Positions 39,392 to 54,310 of a stretch of DNA of 64,000 bases are shown here, piece by piece. The position numbers and the translations under genes were made by a program. The stretch's first letter is position 1. Every line of letters begins with the position of its first letter. Origin of the DNA: Octopus vulgaris (taxonomy: Eukaryota). A model generated the notes under the pieces. The model was not told where the DNA came from. It did no database searches and saw only the letters and a program-made list of their open reading frames with translations. Location: positions 39,060,001-39,124,000 of the forward strand of contig OX597822.1 in the NCBI GenBank assembly GCA_951406725.2, given 5' to 3'.

Positions 39392-39854
39392 AGATGGATA
39401 GTATACTTCACGTTGTAGAGCAGTTACTGTTTACATCTCGTTCAGAGATTTATTATTGCTATATATATAAATAAATTTATAAATAATGATAATATCGATA
39501 TTTAAATATCGATATTATCAAGTGGCCAGTATGGGAAAAAATACCATACAAAGGTAATAATTTTTTACAACTAAAAATAAGGGTATCTGAGATACCACCA
39601 TGCCGAAATAGCAGTCAAATCCCTGACTCTAAAAAACACCTTAAATGTTTATATCGCACCATGAGATAAGACAAAGGGACAAAATATAATTAAATATCGA
39701 TATTATCCTTATTTATAAATTTATATAACTCGTCACTATATTCACTGCGGTGTTTATTTTGACCATATCGTGCCTATGGGGTGTTTGGCGGGCAATTTGA
39801 ACTGACCTTGTACATACGTGCATATATATGTATGCATGGACGTTCGTATATGTA

Positions 39855-41124
39855 CGAGGGGCGTTCAATAAGTAATGCCCCTGACCCACTTGCAGTTGTT
39901 TGATCTAGCTGAAATTATGCATGTGCACTTATTTATACCTCTATAGATTAAGTGGCGAATTACAGCTCTGAACTAATTGTGGTTTCTGATTTACAAGTGT
40001 TTGAACTGAGTCAAGTGTGAAATGGAGCCTGTTGAGTGTCGAGCAGTGATCTGGTTTTTGTATTTGAAAGGACGCACACCACGGGAGACTTTTGATGAAA
40101 TGAAAGTAACTTATGGTGATGATGCCCCATCATATGACCTTGTAAAACGCTGGCATTGTGAATTCAAACATAGTCGGAACTCTGTGGAAACAGCTCCCAG
40201 ATCTGGTCGCCCCCTTCTGCCGTTGATGAGACGTCTGTCCGTCAAGTTGAGGCTGCCATTTTGGAAGGTCAACGCATAACTATTCGCCAAATAGCCCATA
40301 AGGTCAAGATTTGTACCGGGTCTGTGGAAACTATCATTCATGACCATTTGCATATGCAAAAGGTGTCTGCCAGATGGATTTCCAGGTTGCTCACACCTTT
40401 CCAGAAGCAAGAACGCGTTGAGTGCTCGAGGGTGAATTTGGAGATGTGCCAAGAAGATGAGTCAAAATTTTTCAAAAGACTGATCACATAGGATAAAACC
40501 TGGGTCCATCACTATGATCCATAGACCAAAGCCCAGTCAATGCAGTGAAAGCACCGTGACTCACCTCCTCCAAAGAAGGCAAGGGTGCAGCCCTCGGCTG
40601 ACAAGGTTATGCTCACAGTCTTCTGGGACCAGGACGGAGTAGTGATGACAGATTTCCTGGCAAAGGGTACCACAATTACAGGAGCCTATTATGCTTCACT
40701 TTTGAGGAAATTAAGAGAAGCTATCAAAATCAAGAGGCAGGGCAAGATCAGCAAAGGCATCCTCCTCCTGCAGGACAACGCTCCGGTCCACAACTCGCGT
40801 GTCGCCAGATCAGGAGCACAGGCGTGCAGCTATGAACTCCTCCCCTTGAACCCTCTGATTTTCACCTCTTCCCAGCCATGAAGTTGATTTTGAAAGGAAA
40901 GCGTTTCCCAGATGATGCAGCCTTGATTTCTGAAGTCCCGTCGTGGTTGGAGGACCAAGCTGGGGTCTTCTACAAAAACGGTCTCCAGAGCTGTATCAAA
41001 CGATGGGAGAAATGCATAACTCTGGGTAGTTCCTATGTAGGAAAAGACTAATAACTGTGCCAAGTGTCGTTGCTCTACTGTTATGGGAAGTGGGTCAGGG
41101 GCATTACTTATTGAACGCCCCTCG
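39855..41124 (+). mobile_element. Second near-full-length copy of the same mariner (1270 bp), disrupted
   Basis: Same TIRs and TA duplication; MEPVECRAVI...; in-frame stops and a deletion in the YSPDLAP region. Confidence 0.95.
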
Positions 41125-41181
41125 TAAGTATAACGTTTGTTCTGTATATATATATTTGTATTTATGTGCCCATCTGATATA

Positions 41182-41238
41182 TTCAGCTGATGAAGGCAGA
41201 GCTTATTTGAAGCAAAGCTAGAAATCCAGGATCTTGAA
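41182..41238 (+). ncRNA. Hammerhead-like motif with canonical core
   Basis: TTCAG-CTGATGA-aggcag-AGCTT...AAGCT-A-GAAA-TCCAGGA-T-C-TTGAA; the stem II junction is irregular. Confidence 0.45.
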
Positions 41239-41460
41239 TTATTCAGTAACATCTTTTTGCTAGTCTATTTTGTCCCTCTGTCTTATCTTATGGTGCGATA
41301 TGAACATTTAAGGTGGTTTTTAGAGTCAGGGATTTGACTGCTATTTCGGCATGGTGGTGTCTCTGACACCCTTATTTTTAGTTATATATATATAAACTCT
41401 TCCTCCGGTATTCGAGTACTATTTTCTCCACCTTGTTTCGCATATATGTGCTTACTCTGG

Positions 41461-41556
<96 letters not shown>

Positions 41557-41732
41557 TGCACACACACACACATACATACCCCCCCCCAAAAAAAAAACGA
41601 AGAACAAACACGAGAAAAACAACAATGTGAGGACATGGTACATGCAAAGTATTAGCGGTAACAAAGGAAAAATATAGTTATAATATAAATGAATTATTGG
41701 AATCTCAATTATATCTCTCTATATAATTTATT

Positions 41733-41831
<99 letters not shown>

Positions 41832-41895
41832 CATGTATGGAGGGAGGGAGATAGAAATATGTATATTTGTTTCTCTCCGTGTTTCTTTTCTGTGT

Positions 41896-41935
41896 ATCTT
41901 TCTGTTGAAGAGCGTAGGCTCGAAACGTGAAAGAC
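41896..41935 (+). ncRNA. Degenerate hammerhead-like motif (A6U, G at position 17)
   Basis: TCTTT-CTGTTGA-A-GAGC(gtag)GCTC-GAAA-CG-T-G-AAAGA. Same family at about 54400-54428(-) and 55150-55182(+). Confidence 0.4.
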
Positions 41936-42119
41936 TTGTTTTATTTCTATTCCTGAGCGCCATACTAATACAATTGTTTGTTTGTACTCCACCTGCCTTC
42001 GTCTTTTATTTATTTTCGTAAAGCTTCCCGTTATATATATATATATATTTTTATATCTATATATATATATATATACACATACACACACGTATAGACATGA
42101 ATATATGTATACGTGCATA

Positions 42120-42966
42120 CAGGGGTACCCAAAAGAAACCTGAATTTTGCAATATCATTTTATTCACTTAGTTTTACATGTTTACACTTTTATCGCCTTC
42201 AAATTATTCTCTCCATTTTAAGCAATGCATTGGTCTGACGTGTTTTCCACCTTTCGAAGCCGTGCAGGAACTCTTCGTCGTTTTTTTCTTCACCTCTTCC
42301 ACATTTGCAAAACATTTTTCTTTACGTTTTTCATTCGGGGAAACAAATTAAAGCCACAGGGAGCAAGTCAGGTGAATCGGGATGGTAGGTAAGCGGGTTC
42401 ACGCATTCATTCGTGACTGCTTCTGATCTTCCGTCAGCAAGCCAAGAACAAATTTTGATGCAACTCTTTTTATTCGCAATTCCTCGTTCAAAATTATTTG
42501 GCAAGAGCCCCAGGCCACACCAGTCATATCAAGTTCGTCAATTGTCCGGCGACGGTCCTCGAAGATGAATTTTCATGATGTTTTCCTTCGTTTGGGAGGT
42601 CGATGGTTGCCCTGAACGAGGATGGTCTTCAAGCGACAAGTGACCATTCCTAAAGCATGGAAACCACTCGTAAGCTTGTGTTTTACTCATAGCAGCGTCC
42701 TTCTAAGCACGACAACTCCTCAGCAGAAGACAGAATTTCACTGAAGCACGCTGTTCAATCGTTTCAGCCATCGCAAAAATCGACGAACTGGGGAGAAACA
42801 CTGCAAAGAAGAGACGCTATACGTAGCAGTAGGACTTCACCCGACGACCCCGGTGGGCAGATTGATGCCTGAGGGTCGCATCAAGTGGCTTCTAGAGGTG
42901 GAAGCCTGAACTACAACGGGCTTGTCCCGCAGAGAACGTTTCCGATTACTTTTGGGTACCACCTTG
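42120..42966 (-). mobile_element. Degenerate, internally deleted mariner-like element
   Basis: Termini CAGGGGTACCCAAAAG and CTTTTGGGTACCACCTTG with TA flanks; remnants resembling RSGQPST, KFVLGL and LFPRMK on the minus strand. Confidence 0.6.
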
Positions 42967-43118
42967 TATACCTCGATACACATATGTATGTATGTATGCA
43001 TGTATGTATGTATCTGTTTGTGTGTGTGTCTGTCTGTCTTTACGTTTGCTTGTCTATATACACATGTGCACTCGCACACACTCATACACACACTGTATCT
43101 CCGCTGCACAGTTTAGTG

Positions 43119-45605
43119 CAGGGATGTCCATCTTTTCCCTAGTGGGCCAAATTATAAATTTAAGTATATTCACCGGGCCACAAAGTACTTAGATATAAAT
43201 ATAGATATAATGGTACTTAGATATAAAAAGTTCAAAATATTGTAAATAATTTTTTTTAATAAATATAAATACAAAATAATGTGCTGTTCACAGTAAAAAT
43301 GAAATTACACAAAAGAAAGTCAATGTGATTTTTGGCATTGCTTTCTTTTTATGATATTCTCAAAATCTGCTTTTATGGAACCATTCTTTACTCTAAGACT
43401 GTTATTTAAATGGCAATCACTCATCCTATTTCTCTCAGCAGTTTTGATGTTTTTCATGAACGTAAAGTATTGTTCACGGCAATATGTATTACCCCATTTG
43501 CACAATAGTTTTCTGGCTAAGCTGGCAATTTGATCAAAATAATTGAAATTATAAGTCAAGAAGGGCATATTCTCTCTGTTAAGTTTTTAAAGATTTCTAC
43601 TTTAAAGTTCAATGAGTTCGAGCTGGTATTTGGCTGGTGCTTCCACATAAATAAATGAAAATGGATCACTCAACAATATTAGTTCAGTTTCTATCTTTCT
43701 GAAATCAGAAAATCTGGTTGTAAAATCTCCAAACGAAGCTTCACATAATTTAGTGTATTTTTCAAAGTTCGCAGGAAATTCTTCTTGTCTTTTAGATAAA
43801 TTCTGAAAATGTACAATTTCTCTAGCCTTCAACTGTATTATGAAAAGTTCTAATTACTTAGTAAAGCTTGTTATTCGTTCAAACATTTCCCTTGTAAATG
43901 CAAATTAAGTTCAGCTAACATTTCAGTGAGATCTACTAAGGAGGACAGATCATTCAACCATTCTCCATTTGCTATCAAATCTACATTATGCTTTTTGTTT
44001 TGCATGAACTGTTTTATTTCAGGCAACAATTATTGAAATCTGTTCAAAGTGGCTGCTTGACTGAGTCAAGAAGGGCAGCATGAGAAATAAATAACGTCTT
44101 CATACTCACTGCCAACTTCTACCAAGTATACTTTGAATGTACGATGGTTCAAGCCCCAAAATCTGATAAAATGAACAACTTTCACAATATCTGTCATCAA
44201 CTGTTTCATATTTAATTTTGAGCATATAATTGCTGTTGATGAATCAAGCAAAGATAGCTAAGTATATCTTGATCAACCATTTCTTTGAATAAAGTAATAA
44301 ACTCCATTACCTTTACCAGTTAATGCAGGGGGGCACCATCAGTTGTAATCCAATTAATTTTATTTCTATCAACATTGAACTTTTAACATGCTCAATTATG
44401 TCCCTGCCCGTTGTTGTCCCCTTCATATGACACACGTCCAACATTCCTTCAATGATATTAAAATGACATCAATTCGTCTGATAAAAATAACCAATTGTGC
44501 AGTGTCCCTTTGTTCAGTACTTTCGTTCAATAATAAACTGTGATGAACACAGATAGTTGAGCCTGCAATGAACCCACAATACTGTCAGCTAAGTCATCAA
44601 TTCTTTTACCAATTGTCTGGTGCAACAGACTTGTTTCATTGAATAAGTTCACCTTCTCGGGTCAATATTCATTAAAAGCAATTACAATACATTCTTTTAT
44701 TAATTCGCCATCTATCAGCGGCTTACCCTTCTGAGCCAATTTTTCAGCTATCAAATAACTAACTCTTGTACATGTACCAGTTTTCCCAACATGTTTTTTG
44801 AAATTGTTTTGTTGTAAACTAAGTTTCTTCTTCAATTCATCAATTTTCTTTTTCCTTCTTTTCCCGTTTAATTCATGATATTGTGACTCATGTTTGGCAG
44901 CACAGTGACACTCAATATTATATTCCTTGCATACAGCAATTTTATCATTACATATGAGGCAGATAATATTATTGCATGTTTCAATTACCAAATATTTTTC
45001 TGCGCATAGAATATTGAATTTTCTCTTTTCTTCTGTTATCTTCCTCCTCTTAGAATCAGATGCCATGGCCAAATAATGGGCTATTAAAATTAACAATTAA
45101 AATTATTACGTAACCATGCTGATATCAATATTCCAGAAATCAGAACAAAAAAAAAAAAGAACAGGCTCTTTCGCATAAAGCATTTGCATTAGGCTTAGCC
45201 TAGACAAGAAACACTGAAGTACCACTGAAGCCATTATCACTTGACATTGTAAACAAGGTTAGGAAGTAACACAATCAATATTGATCCGGCTGCAAAAAAT
45301 TTGAAAGTGAAACAATGGCTGTTAATTATGCATCAACAAAATGGCTGACTCTACGACGTAGAGTCAGCCATTCTACGTCATAAACCCCATGATCTCCCTC
45401 ATTTTATCTCCTTCTATTGAGGTTTTCATTGGTCCGTTCAAAATAACACACTCCGAGAGTAATTTTCTCCTCATACATTATCAAAGTAAATGAAACTATA
45501 ACTAGAAAATAACACACAGATTTAGAATTTGAATCTCCAGCGGGCAGCATGGAAATATTAAGTGGGCCGCAATGCAGCTCGCGGCCTGCAGGCTGGGCAT
45601 CCCTG
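43119..45605 (-). mobile_element. Buster/SPIN-type hAT transposon (GTF2IRD2-like transposase), decayed
   Basis: TIRs CAGGGATGTCCA and TGGGCATCCCTG; perfect 8-bp TSD GTTTAGTG (43111-43118, 45606-45613) with central TA; MASDSKRRK...CLICNDKIAVCKEYNI, GELIKECI, GLNHRTFK, and a C-terminal dimerisation-like TYCREQYF.FMK..K...RNR. Confidence 0.92.
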
Positions 45606-45779
45606 GTTTAGTGCAATTGTCATGTCTACAGTGAAACAAATATTTAACGTTTGTGTTTGCGCGTGTCCTTATGTGTTACCATGTGTTACAGCTGTGGGAT
45701 ACAGTAATGTGTTTATATGTATAGATTTGGCAGGATAACAAAAGTGGTGAGAGACACAAGCACACACACACACACACAC

Positions 45780-46480
45780 ACACAGAGAGGAGAGGAAGAT
45801 AGAGAACAGAGAGAGAGGGAGAGATAGAAATAGAGAGAGACACACACAGGAGAGGAAAAGAGAGAGAGAGACAGAGAGGGAGAGAGAGAAATAGAGAGAC
45901 ATACACACACAGAGGGAGAGGAAAAGAGAGACAGACAGAGAGGGAGAGAAGGGAGAGAGAAATAGAGAGAAAGACACACACAGAGGGAGAGGAAAAGAGA
46001 GACAGACAGAGAGGGAGAGAAGGGAGAGAGAAATAGAGAGAAAGACACACACAGAGGGAGAGGAAAAGTGAGAGACAGACAAAGAGGGAGAGGAAAAGAG
46101 AGAGAGACAGAGAGGCAGAGAGCGATAGAGGGGGAGAGAGAGACAGACAGAGAGGGAGAGAGACAAAGCGAGGGAAGGTACAAGAGAGAATGAGTGTGTG
46201 TGTGTGTGAGAGAGAGAGAAATAGTAGGAGACATTGAGTAAGTTTGTGTGTGTGAGAGTGAGAAAGAGATTGAGCGAGTCAGAGCTAGGGAGAGTGAGAG
46301 TGAGAGAGAGAGAGAGAGAAAGAGTGTGTGTGTGAGGTAGAGAGAGAGAGAGAGAGATAGAGAGAGTTTGTGTGTGGGTGAGAGAGATTGAGCGTGTGGG
46401 AGAGAGAGAGAGAGAGAGAAAAAGAGAAAAAGAGAGAGAGAAATGGAGAGGACGTGAGAGAAAGAGAAACAGAGAGTAGT
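45780..46480. repeat. GA-rich tract with a minisatellite unit of about 58 bp
   Basis: Repeated gacacacacagagggagaggaaaagagagacagacagagagggagagaagggagagagaaatagagag units. Confidence 0.85.
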
Positions 46481-47219
46481 GAATGACAAATATGTTTTGT
46501 ATTCTGCGAATCGAATATGAATTTCTCCGAATTTCTCGTATGGACATATAGTGCCAAAAAAGCACAAATTTACCAGTAGCAGACGAGAAGAGCCCAGTAG
46601 CGGCGATGGAATTACTATAACCGGCATTTCTGCATAATTGCAAGTCATCAGTGGTAAGTATCTACTATGGACAAATTTCGTCACTACTGTTATAAAAAAA
46701 AAAGCAGGGAATAACAACTCGCTGGTGTTGCAAATAGCTGCTGGAGGCCTTTCGTTTACTACTGAAATTTCCATGCTTTTTAGCACTATATATCTGTGAG
46801 GTGCTTTCTGAAGATGTATACTGCAGTATTGTAGCTTTCTTACAGTATGTCAACGTTAAGTAGGGAATACAGAATGCTATTTTGAACTAATGCCTCTCCG
46901 TTCCAAATAATACATTTTTACCCAGCCTGTCAGTTATTTGCAACACCAGTGATGTGTTAATCACTGTTTGTTTATTTCAGTAGAGGCTAGAATTGTCTAA
47001 GAATGCGATTGATAGGGAACACTACAGGTTACTGACGATGCTCAAAGATGCAGAAATCCTAGATCTTGCAACTGAACAACCTCTGTTGGACGCTTTCGTC
47101 TGCTATAAGTAATTGTGTGCTTTTTGCAGCTCTACACGTCTACGCAAAATGCTTTCTGAAGACGTATACCGCTGTACTGTAGCATACACACATACGCAGA
47201 CACACACACACACGCACGC

Positions 47220-47276
<57 letters not shown>

Positions 47277-48711
47277 AGTATATATGTATCGCATGGGATT
47301 TCTAGTATCTAGAGGTGAAAGTGTCAAGAGAAGGATCAGCTATCGTGAGAGCTAACCTTTTTAACGAGATCGAAGGTTTTACAAGCATATTATTATTCAC
47401 GATTAACGTGGGAAATACATTGTGGGATCATATAACGTGGACAACCATACTGCTTAATGTTTGTACTGCTTGTATGCACTGCTTGCACTGCTCGGATGCT
47501 GAAGGAATGAATATTGATACGATTCTACTCGAGAATGTTCTCCAGCTCTCTGTCCATGATGTAATGTAGGTTTGGCACGATGTGCCCTGGTGACATGTGA
47601 ATGGTTCTTGTGCCATCTCCATATTATCTTTGCCTCGCGCCAAGCCCCATTTTACCGTTTGTCTTTTTCCTTTATCCTTTTAATTTAAAACGAACTCTTT
47701 TACTTGAATAATATAAATTAAAAAAATGCCGTCCGTTTCTAATTGTTTTGGCAGCCAGTGTATTTGTAAATAGATGCAGTAGACAGATACAGTCATCTTG
47801 GCCTCGCACAATTAGTCCGGTGGCATAAAGCTGGAAGAATCGAGCAGATGCTAAGTTGTACCAATCAGAAACCAGCTGGCACTCACCACAGCCGAATAAA
47901 TTGGAGTAACAAGAAATGAAGAGCCTTGTTCAAGAACTCATTGCGCTATCTGGTCCAGAAATTTAGTCCACGACATTATGATCGCCAGCCAAACACGTCT
48001 AATCGGTTGATCACGTGTTTTCAGACATAGATAATATTGCCTATCAACTGCTTCATTACTTCACGCTGCAGGTATATGATATATAGAAACGGTGAAATCT
48101 CGTGATCACGCCATGTGATTTCACGTGACCAATCAGACTATTAGATGTTGTTACACATCGCTGGCCACAATGCTCTTTTGCGTAGTTTCAGTCTTCGAAC
48201 GACGCCTCCTAGCTTCGATGGCTAGGCGAGAAGACCAGCACCTTCCCTTGATCGAAAGGGGGACTAGAGCAACGTGTGGAGTGTTTTGCTCAAGAACAAC
48301 GTGACGCCCGGGCTGGGAACCGAACCCATGATCGATCGATCGTGAGTAGACAGCCAAAGCACTAGGCCTTGCGCCTCTACAGAAACAAGAAAATATAAAT
48401 GGTCAGTTGCATAAATAACATACTTTTGGGTCAGTTATATCGATAATTTTAAGAAAGGAGAGAAACCGAATACTTTTCTTATGCTTTCCGTCCTTACACG
48501 AACGATGGGCTTATCAATAAGCAGGTGATTAGATTCAGAGATTTATGCGTCAATGACTGCAGGGAGAGGTCTTCATATACATGACGATGACAATGCCTTG
48601 ACATATTCAGAGATTACACACACACACACACACACACACAAATAGTCTTCAAAACATGTAATTCGTAACTCTAAATAAATGTGCCGAGAAGTCTTTCATT
48701 TGTTCACTCAT

Positions 48712-48751
<40 letters not shown>

Positions 48752-48958
48752 GAGTTAAGGAACTTCTCTATTCTTTAACTATTGTATTCTTATTCGCATA
48801 CCCGGCATCGCTGGTCTTTCTTCAGTTTATCGTACTTCGATAGGAAAAACTCCGCAACCATCCGTTTCAATAAACCACTATTGTCCCTGAAAGTTGATTT
48901 CTATATTTACTACGGATTGGTTGAAGCTAACTTTCTTCCTACACCTCGATCCTTGGAT

Positions 48959-49031
<73 letters not shown>

Positions 49032-49257
49032 GTATGTGTGTGTGTGTGTGTGCGTGTGTGTGTGTGTGTGTATAAATGCAGCACAGAATTTTGTCAGTGA
49101 ACATGTCGCGGTCTCCAAACGAAGAAAATATTATTTTGACAAATTAAATTTAAATGTTGAAGTGTCGGTTTTTGTGTGTTTTTAAATGGCTTATAAATAC
49201 CTTCCACGCTGCAATTGTATATATATATATATATATGAGTATATGTATATACATACC

Positions 49258-49338
<81 letters not shown>

Positions 49339-49340
49339 AT

Positions 49341-49608
49341 ATTGTTATATTTCGGAATGGTCATATTGCCAGTTTAGCCAATAAAAACACACGCACTATA
49401 TATTTGGTGTTATTTTGCTTCAGTGTTATTTGTTTTTTACATTAATCTTAATCTTATTTCGGCCAGAGTTCTTTCGTCACACTCCTGTGAAATAAGATTA
49501 AGATTAATGTAAAGAAACAAATAACACTGAAGCAAAATAACACCAAATATATAGTGCGTGTGTTTTTATTGGCTAAACTGGCAATATGACCATTCAAATA
49601 TAACAATA
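49341..49608. repeat. Near-perfect inverted repeat of about 120 bp between (TA)n tracts, with a half hammerhead-like motif in the spacer
   Basis: Arms 49341-49460 and 49489-49608. The spacer on the minus strand reads TCAC-AGGAGT-GTGAC-GAAA-GAACTC-T (stem II plus GAAA only). Confidence 0.8.
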
Positions 49609-49662
49609 TCTGTTTCAACACACGACTTCACATAAAAAATCTTGCACAACAAATATTTTAAT

Positions 49663-49742
<80 letters not shown>

Positions 49743-52499
49743 TTAAAACAGTTTGATTTGGTTCTGTGGTACTTCAAGTTTTGCAGGCCCCTAAAGGGAG
49801 TCCATCTCCTTCAGGCTTCTGGAATGCTGAATAGAGAGGTCCAAGGAGTCCAAGATGGTTACTGGCAGATAAGCTGCTATTGGTGAGGGTCACATAGTAT
49901 TGTAGTGAATAATGTCAGATCGTTACCGACACCAACTCCATCAGAAAGGGCAGATTCTTTGCGTGGTTGTTATGTCCATGAGTGTATGTATGTATGTATG
50001 TATGTATGTATGTATGTATGTATGTATGTATGTATGTATGTATGTATGCATGCATGCATGTATTTATGTATCTCTCTTTAAGCAATGTAGTGCTGAGCCA
50101 GCCTAAATTTAATATCCACAGCTCCAAGTAAATAGCGTCTCATTTGTTCACCCGCTGGCATGTCTGCCTGTATCCGTACGCATGCATGGTTCTCTTCTGT
50201 TTTTAATTATTTAAATTCTTCCCCTGAGGAAGAATTTAAATCTCATAAAGATACAAAGCTCCATCAATAGAATGTAGGCGCATGTGTGTTAAGTTGCTTG
50301 CTTACCAAACACATGGTTCCTGGTTCAGTCCCACTGCGTGGCACCTTGGGCAAGTGTCTTCTACTATAGCCTCGGGCCGACCAAAGCCTTGTGAGTGAAT
50401 TTGCTAGACGGAAACTGAAAGAAGCCCATCATATATGTATATGTATATATATGTGTGTATAATAATAAGGGTAAAATTAATTAATTAGTAATTAATAATT
50501 TTACCAAGCAGTGTTCAGTATGTAAAAGGACCATTTACGGTATATTTAAACATTACTTTATATAATTAGGGTTCAGCAAAAAAATATACTTTACCACACA
50601 CCGAACTTTTAGAAATAGCAGCCAAAGAATTTAGCTATTTCTCCTACTATAAGAAGAGTCTCCCAGACAATGTATATTCAAAAACAATTCACGTAGGCAT
50701 AGAGGGGAAAATAACGAAAGATCACTCGTAAATCGTTTTTGTGTATGTGTGTATATGTATATATATATATGTATATATATGTGTATATATATGTTTGTGT
50801 GTCTTTGTTTTCTCCCAACATCGCTTGACAACCGATGCTGGTATGTTTACGTCCCCGTAACTTAGCGGTTCGGCAGAAGAGTCCGATAGAATAAGTATTA
50901 GGCTTATAAAGAATAAGTCCTGGGGTCGATTTGCTCGACTAAAGTCAGTGCTCCATCATGGCTGCTGTCAAATGACTGAAACTAGTAAAATAGTAAAAGA
51001 GTAAAAGAGAAATAAACGTCTTGCATGTTTTTTCCGTTCCACTTATAGATTGTATTTGTAATGTGCGAGTTAATTGGTTGATTTTTTTTCCTGAATATCC
51101 AAGCTAATTAGACCCTCAGTTAGCCATTTACTCACGAAACCAAGTGCACCAGTTATTATAGGTATAAATGTAAATTTGTAATCTGGATATAGAAGCTGGA
51201 TATTTCGAAGCAGTTGTCCATAGTAATCTTCTTTCTCTTTGATTTTCAGATCAGTAGGACAGCTGACATCTATGACGATACATACTTTTTTCCCGTCTGA
51301 CTCAACACTATCCGGTTTGTTATGATTACACCTAACAAGTGTTTTGATGGGAATGTTCCACCAGTATACCGTGTGCTTTAAGGCGGCGAGCCGGCAGAAA
51401 CGTTAACACGCCGGGCGAAATACGTAGCCGTAATTCGTCTGCCGTTACGTTCTGAGTTCAAATTCCGCCGAGGTCGACTTTGCTTTTCATCCTTTCGGGG
51501 GCGATAAATTAAGTACCAGTTACGCACTGGGGTCGATGTAATCGATTTAAGCCCTTTGTCTGTCCTTGTTTGTTCCCTCTATGTTTAGCCCCTTGTGGGT
51601 AGTAAAGAAATAAGTATTCCGTGTGCTGATATTTGTGTACGTATTCAATAACAAGGGGATCCTCTCTGTATGTATGTATGTATGTATGTATGTATGTATG
51701 TATGTATGTATGTATGTATGTATGTATGTATGCATGTATGTATGTATGTATGTATGTATGTAAGTATGTATGTATGCATGTATGTATGTATGTATGTATG
51801 CATGTATGTATGTATGTATGTATGTATGTATGTATGTATGTATGTATGCATGTATGTATGTATGTATGTATGTATGTATGTATGTTTATGTCAGGTCACT
51901 TTCGAGGGCTACTGGTAATTATGTCAGGTCACTTTCGAGTGCTACTGGTAACATGTAGCCCAGTACAACCTGTTGCATGGTCTGGTCGTTGGCGACTAAA
52001 CCGGCAACCCCACCAAGCTTGCTTGGTGAGGAGGGTGTTTATTGGATGCCCTGCGGGATGAAAAACAAAACCCGTCAAAGGGCGGGGGAACTCTTGAGAG
52101 TCAACGGCCATCCAATAAATGTCTTAAGGCTGTATCATGCGCGGGGACATAGAAATAATCGGACTGAATACCCGATCGCGCGGTTAAACTATTGGGAGTG
52201 AAGGGCTCCTAGCCTTTGTTAGGGCATCCTTCTAGGAGAAGGTAACTCAGGTAACTGGGATAACTCCGACATAAAACCTGCGGCTCAGTGGTTACCGATG
52301 ATGTTGACTTGTTCTTCTTTTCGGATTATGGCTGCTGTTGCTTAGTGAGTGGGATTGACTCAGTGCACAGCCTTTCCTCACTTAAATACAAAAAATCTTC
52401 TTGCACAGGCATTGCACAATAACAACATTGATTAAGCTTCGTGCAATGGCCATACTCGATAACGAGGGGGCAGCCACCATATATGTATGCATATATTTT

Positions 52500-52890
52500 T
52501 TGAACAAAAATCTGAACCTTACCACTAAGATTGCTGTCTATCTCACCGTTGTCATCCCAACATTACTGTATGGCTGCGAATGCTGGACCTTATACCGCCA
52601 TCATGTGAGGAAGCTAGAGTTATTTCACAACCATTGTCTCCAACGAATTTTACGCTTTACTTGGAAAGGTAATGTCCTCCAAACAGAAATTCTCCAGCAA
52701 GCAGGAATATCCAGCGTTGAAGCCATCATCCAACGCCGTCTTCTAAAATGGGTCGGCCATGTTATCAGGATACCTGATAATCGTCTCCCCGAAAACGGTC
52801 TTCTTCGGAGAGTTATCAACCGGTATTCGCCCGCACGGGGACTCAAGAAGAGGTTCATGGACCATCTTGAGCTTGTTCTCAACCCCTGCA
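52500..52890 (+). mobile_element. RTE-clade LINE C-terminal fragment
   Basis: TKIAVYLTVVIPTLLYGCECWTLY..HVRKLELFH..CLQRIL...W and LKWVGHVIR.PD.RLP motifs. Confidence 0.8.
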
Positions 52891-53084
52891 AACATTCAGT
52901 GGTTGTGTGGTAAGTAGCTTGCTTAGACTGAACCCGGAACCATGTGATTGGTAAGCAAGCTACTTACCACACAGCCACTCCTACGCCTAAAACATCATTT
53001 TATGTTTATTATAACTTGTAAAGGTTTATATTTTTTATTAATTGACAATTTTATGCTTCAGGTTCTACATGTGACTGTTTAATC

Positions 53085-53225
53085 ATGCCATGTGCAAAGG
53101 AAGCCTTGGAACTGTCTGAATTTCAAGAGGCCGTATTGTGGGTCATTCTGAAGATGGACATAGTCAGCGTAAAATCGCAGAAGACCTTGGGATCCCCCCT
53201 TCTATAGTTAATAGAGTGATTGTAA
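53085..53225 (+). mobile_element. Tc1-type transposase N-terminal HTH remnant
   Basis: With one frameshift reads [37 protein letters not shown]. Confidence 0.55.
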
Positions 53226-53905
53226 CAATTAATAAATAATTTGAATGTATAATTTGAGATTTAAATAAATTTTAATGATCTGTCATATCAGTGTTTATAT
53301 ATATGCGTGTATGTATGTTTGTGTATCTTACATTTGATTTGATGTCTTTTGTGTTGTTTAACATAATATATAATTGCATAACTATAGATATTCATATCGA
53401 TGTTGCTTTTACAATATTCAACACAGAGGAATAAGTCATTTATGTATCAAAAGGTTACAACACAGATTGTCTGATAGAATCAAAACATTTATTCGCCGTC
53501 TTTAATAAATATTTAGAGCAAAATAATTAGAACAAAGTAAAATATTAACCCGTTATAGTAATTTACGCGAGAACACATTCTCAGATATACTTTCATCAAC
53601 ATAGTTTTCGATTCACCGGAATTTCCATTTCTACAGGTTTTAGCAAACACGATTATTCGTTTCGCCTTTTCCTGCACAAGATTTGCTTTAACTCGACTGC
53701 TATAAACAGCGACAGCATGCAAAAAATCTATCTTCTTTTGTCTTTGACGAGCTTCAGATGAACTGAAACATTCAGCAAAATTTCCGGAGATATTCTATTT
53801 AATGGTTAATGATACAGATTATCTTGTGTTCTAGCATATTTTAACGCCTAGCAATATATACACATGCACAGACACTGACGCAATACCTATACATATACAT
53901 ACATA

Positions 53906-53944
<39 letters not shown>

Positions 53945-54242
53945 ATGTATATATATGTATATATATATGTATATATATGTATATATATATATATGTATAT
54001 ATGTATATATATATGTATATATGCATATATATACATATATGTATATATATATGTATATATGTATATATATATATGTATATATATATGTATATATATGTAT
54101 ATATGTATATATATATATGTATATATATGTAATTATATATGTATATATATGTATATATATATGTATATATATGTATATATATATGTATATATATGTATAT
54201 ATATGTATATATATGTATATATATATGTATATATATATATGT

Positions 54243-54310
<68 letters not shown>

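Larger units (their letters stand above)
39568..41384. repeat. Inverted repeat of about 120 bp (39568-39686 and 41266-41384) enclosing the mariner
   Basis: aactaaaaataaggg...gggacaaaata versus tattttgtccc...cccttatttttagtt. A shorter inverted repeat lies at about 39471-39507 and 39689-39725. Confidence 0.8.

Noticed and set aside
48750-48960. Hammerhead-like CTGAAGA on the minus strand between (TA)n tracts
   Set aside because: No matching GAAA or stem III could be built.
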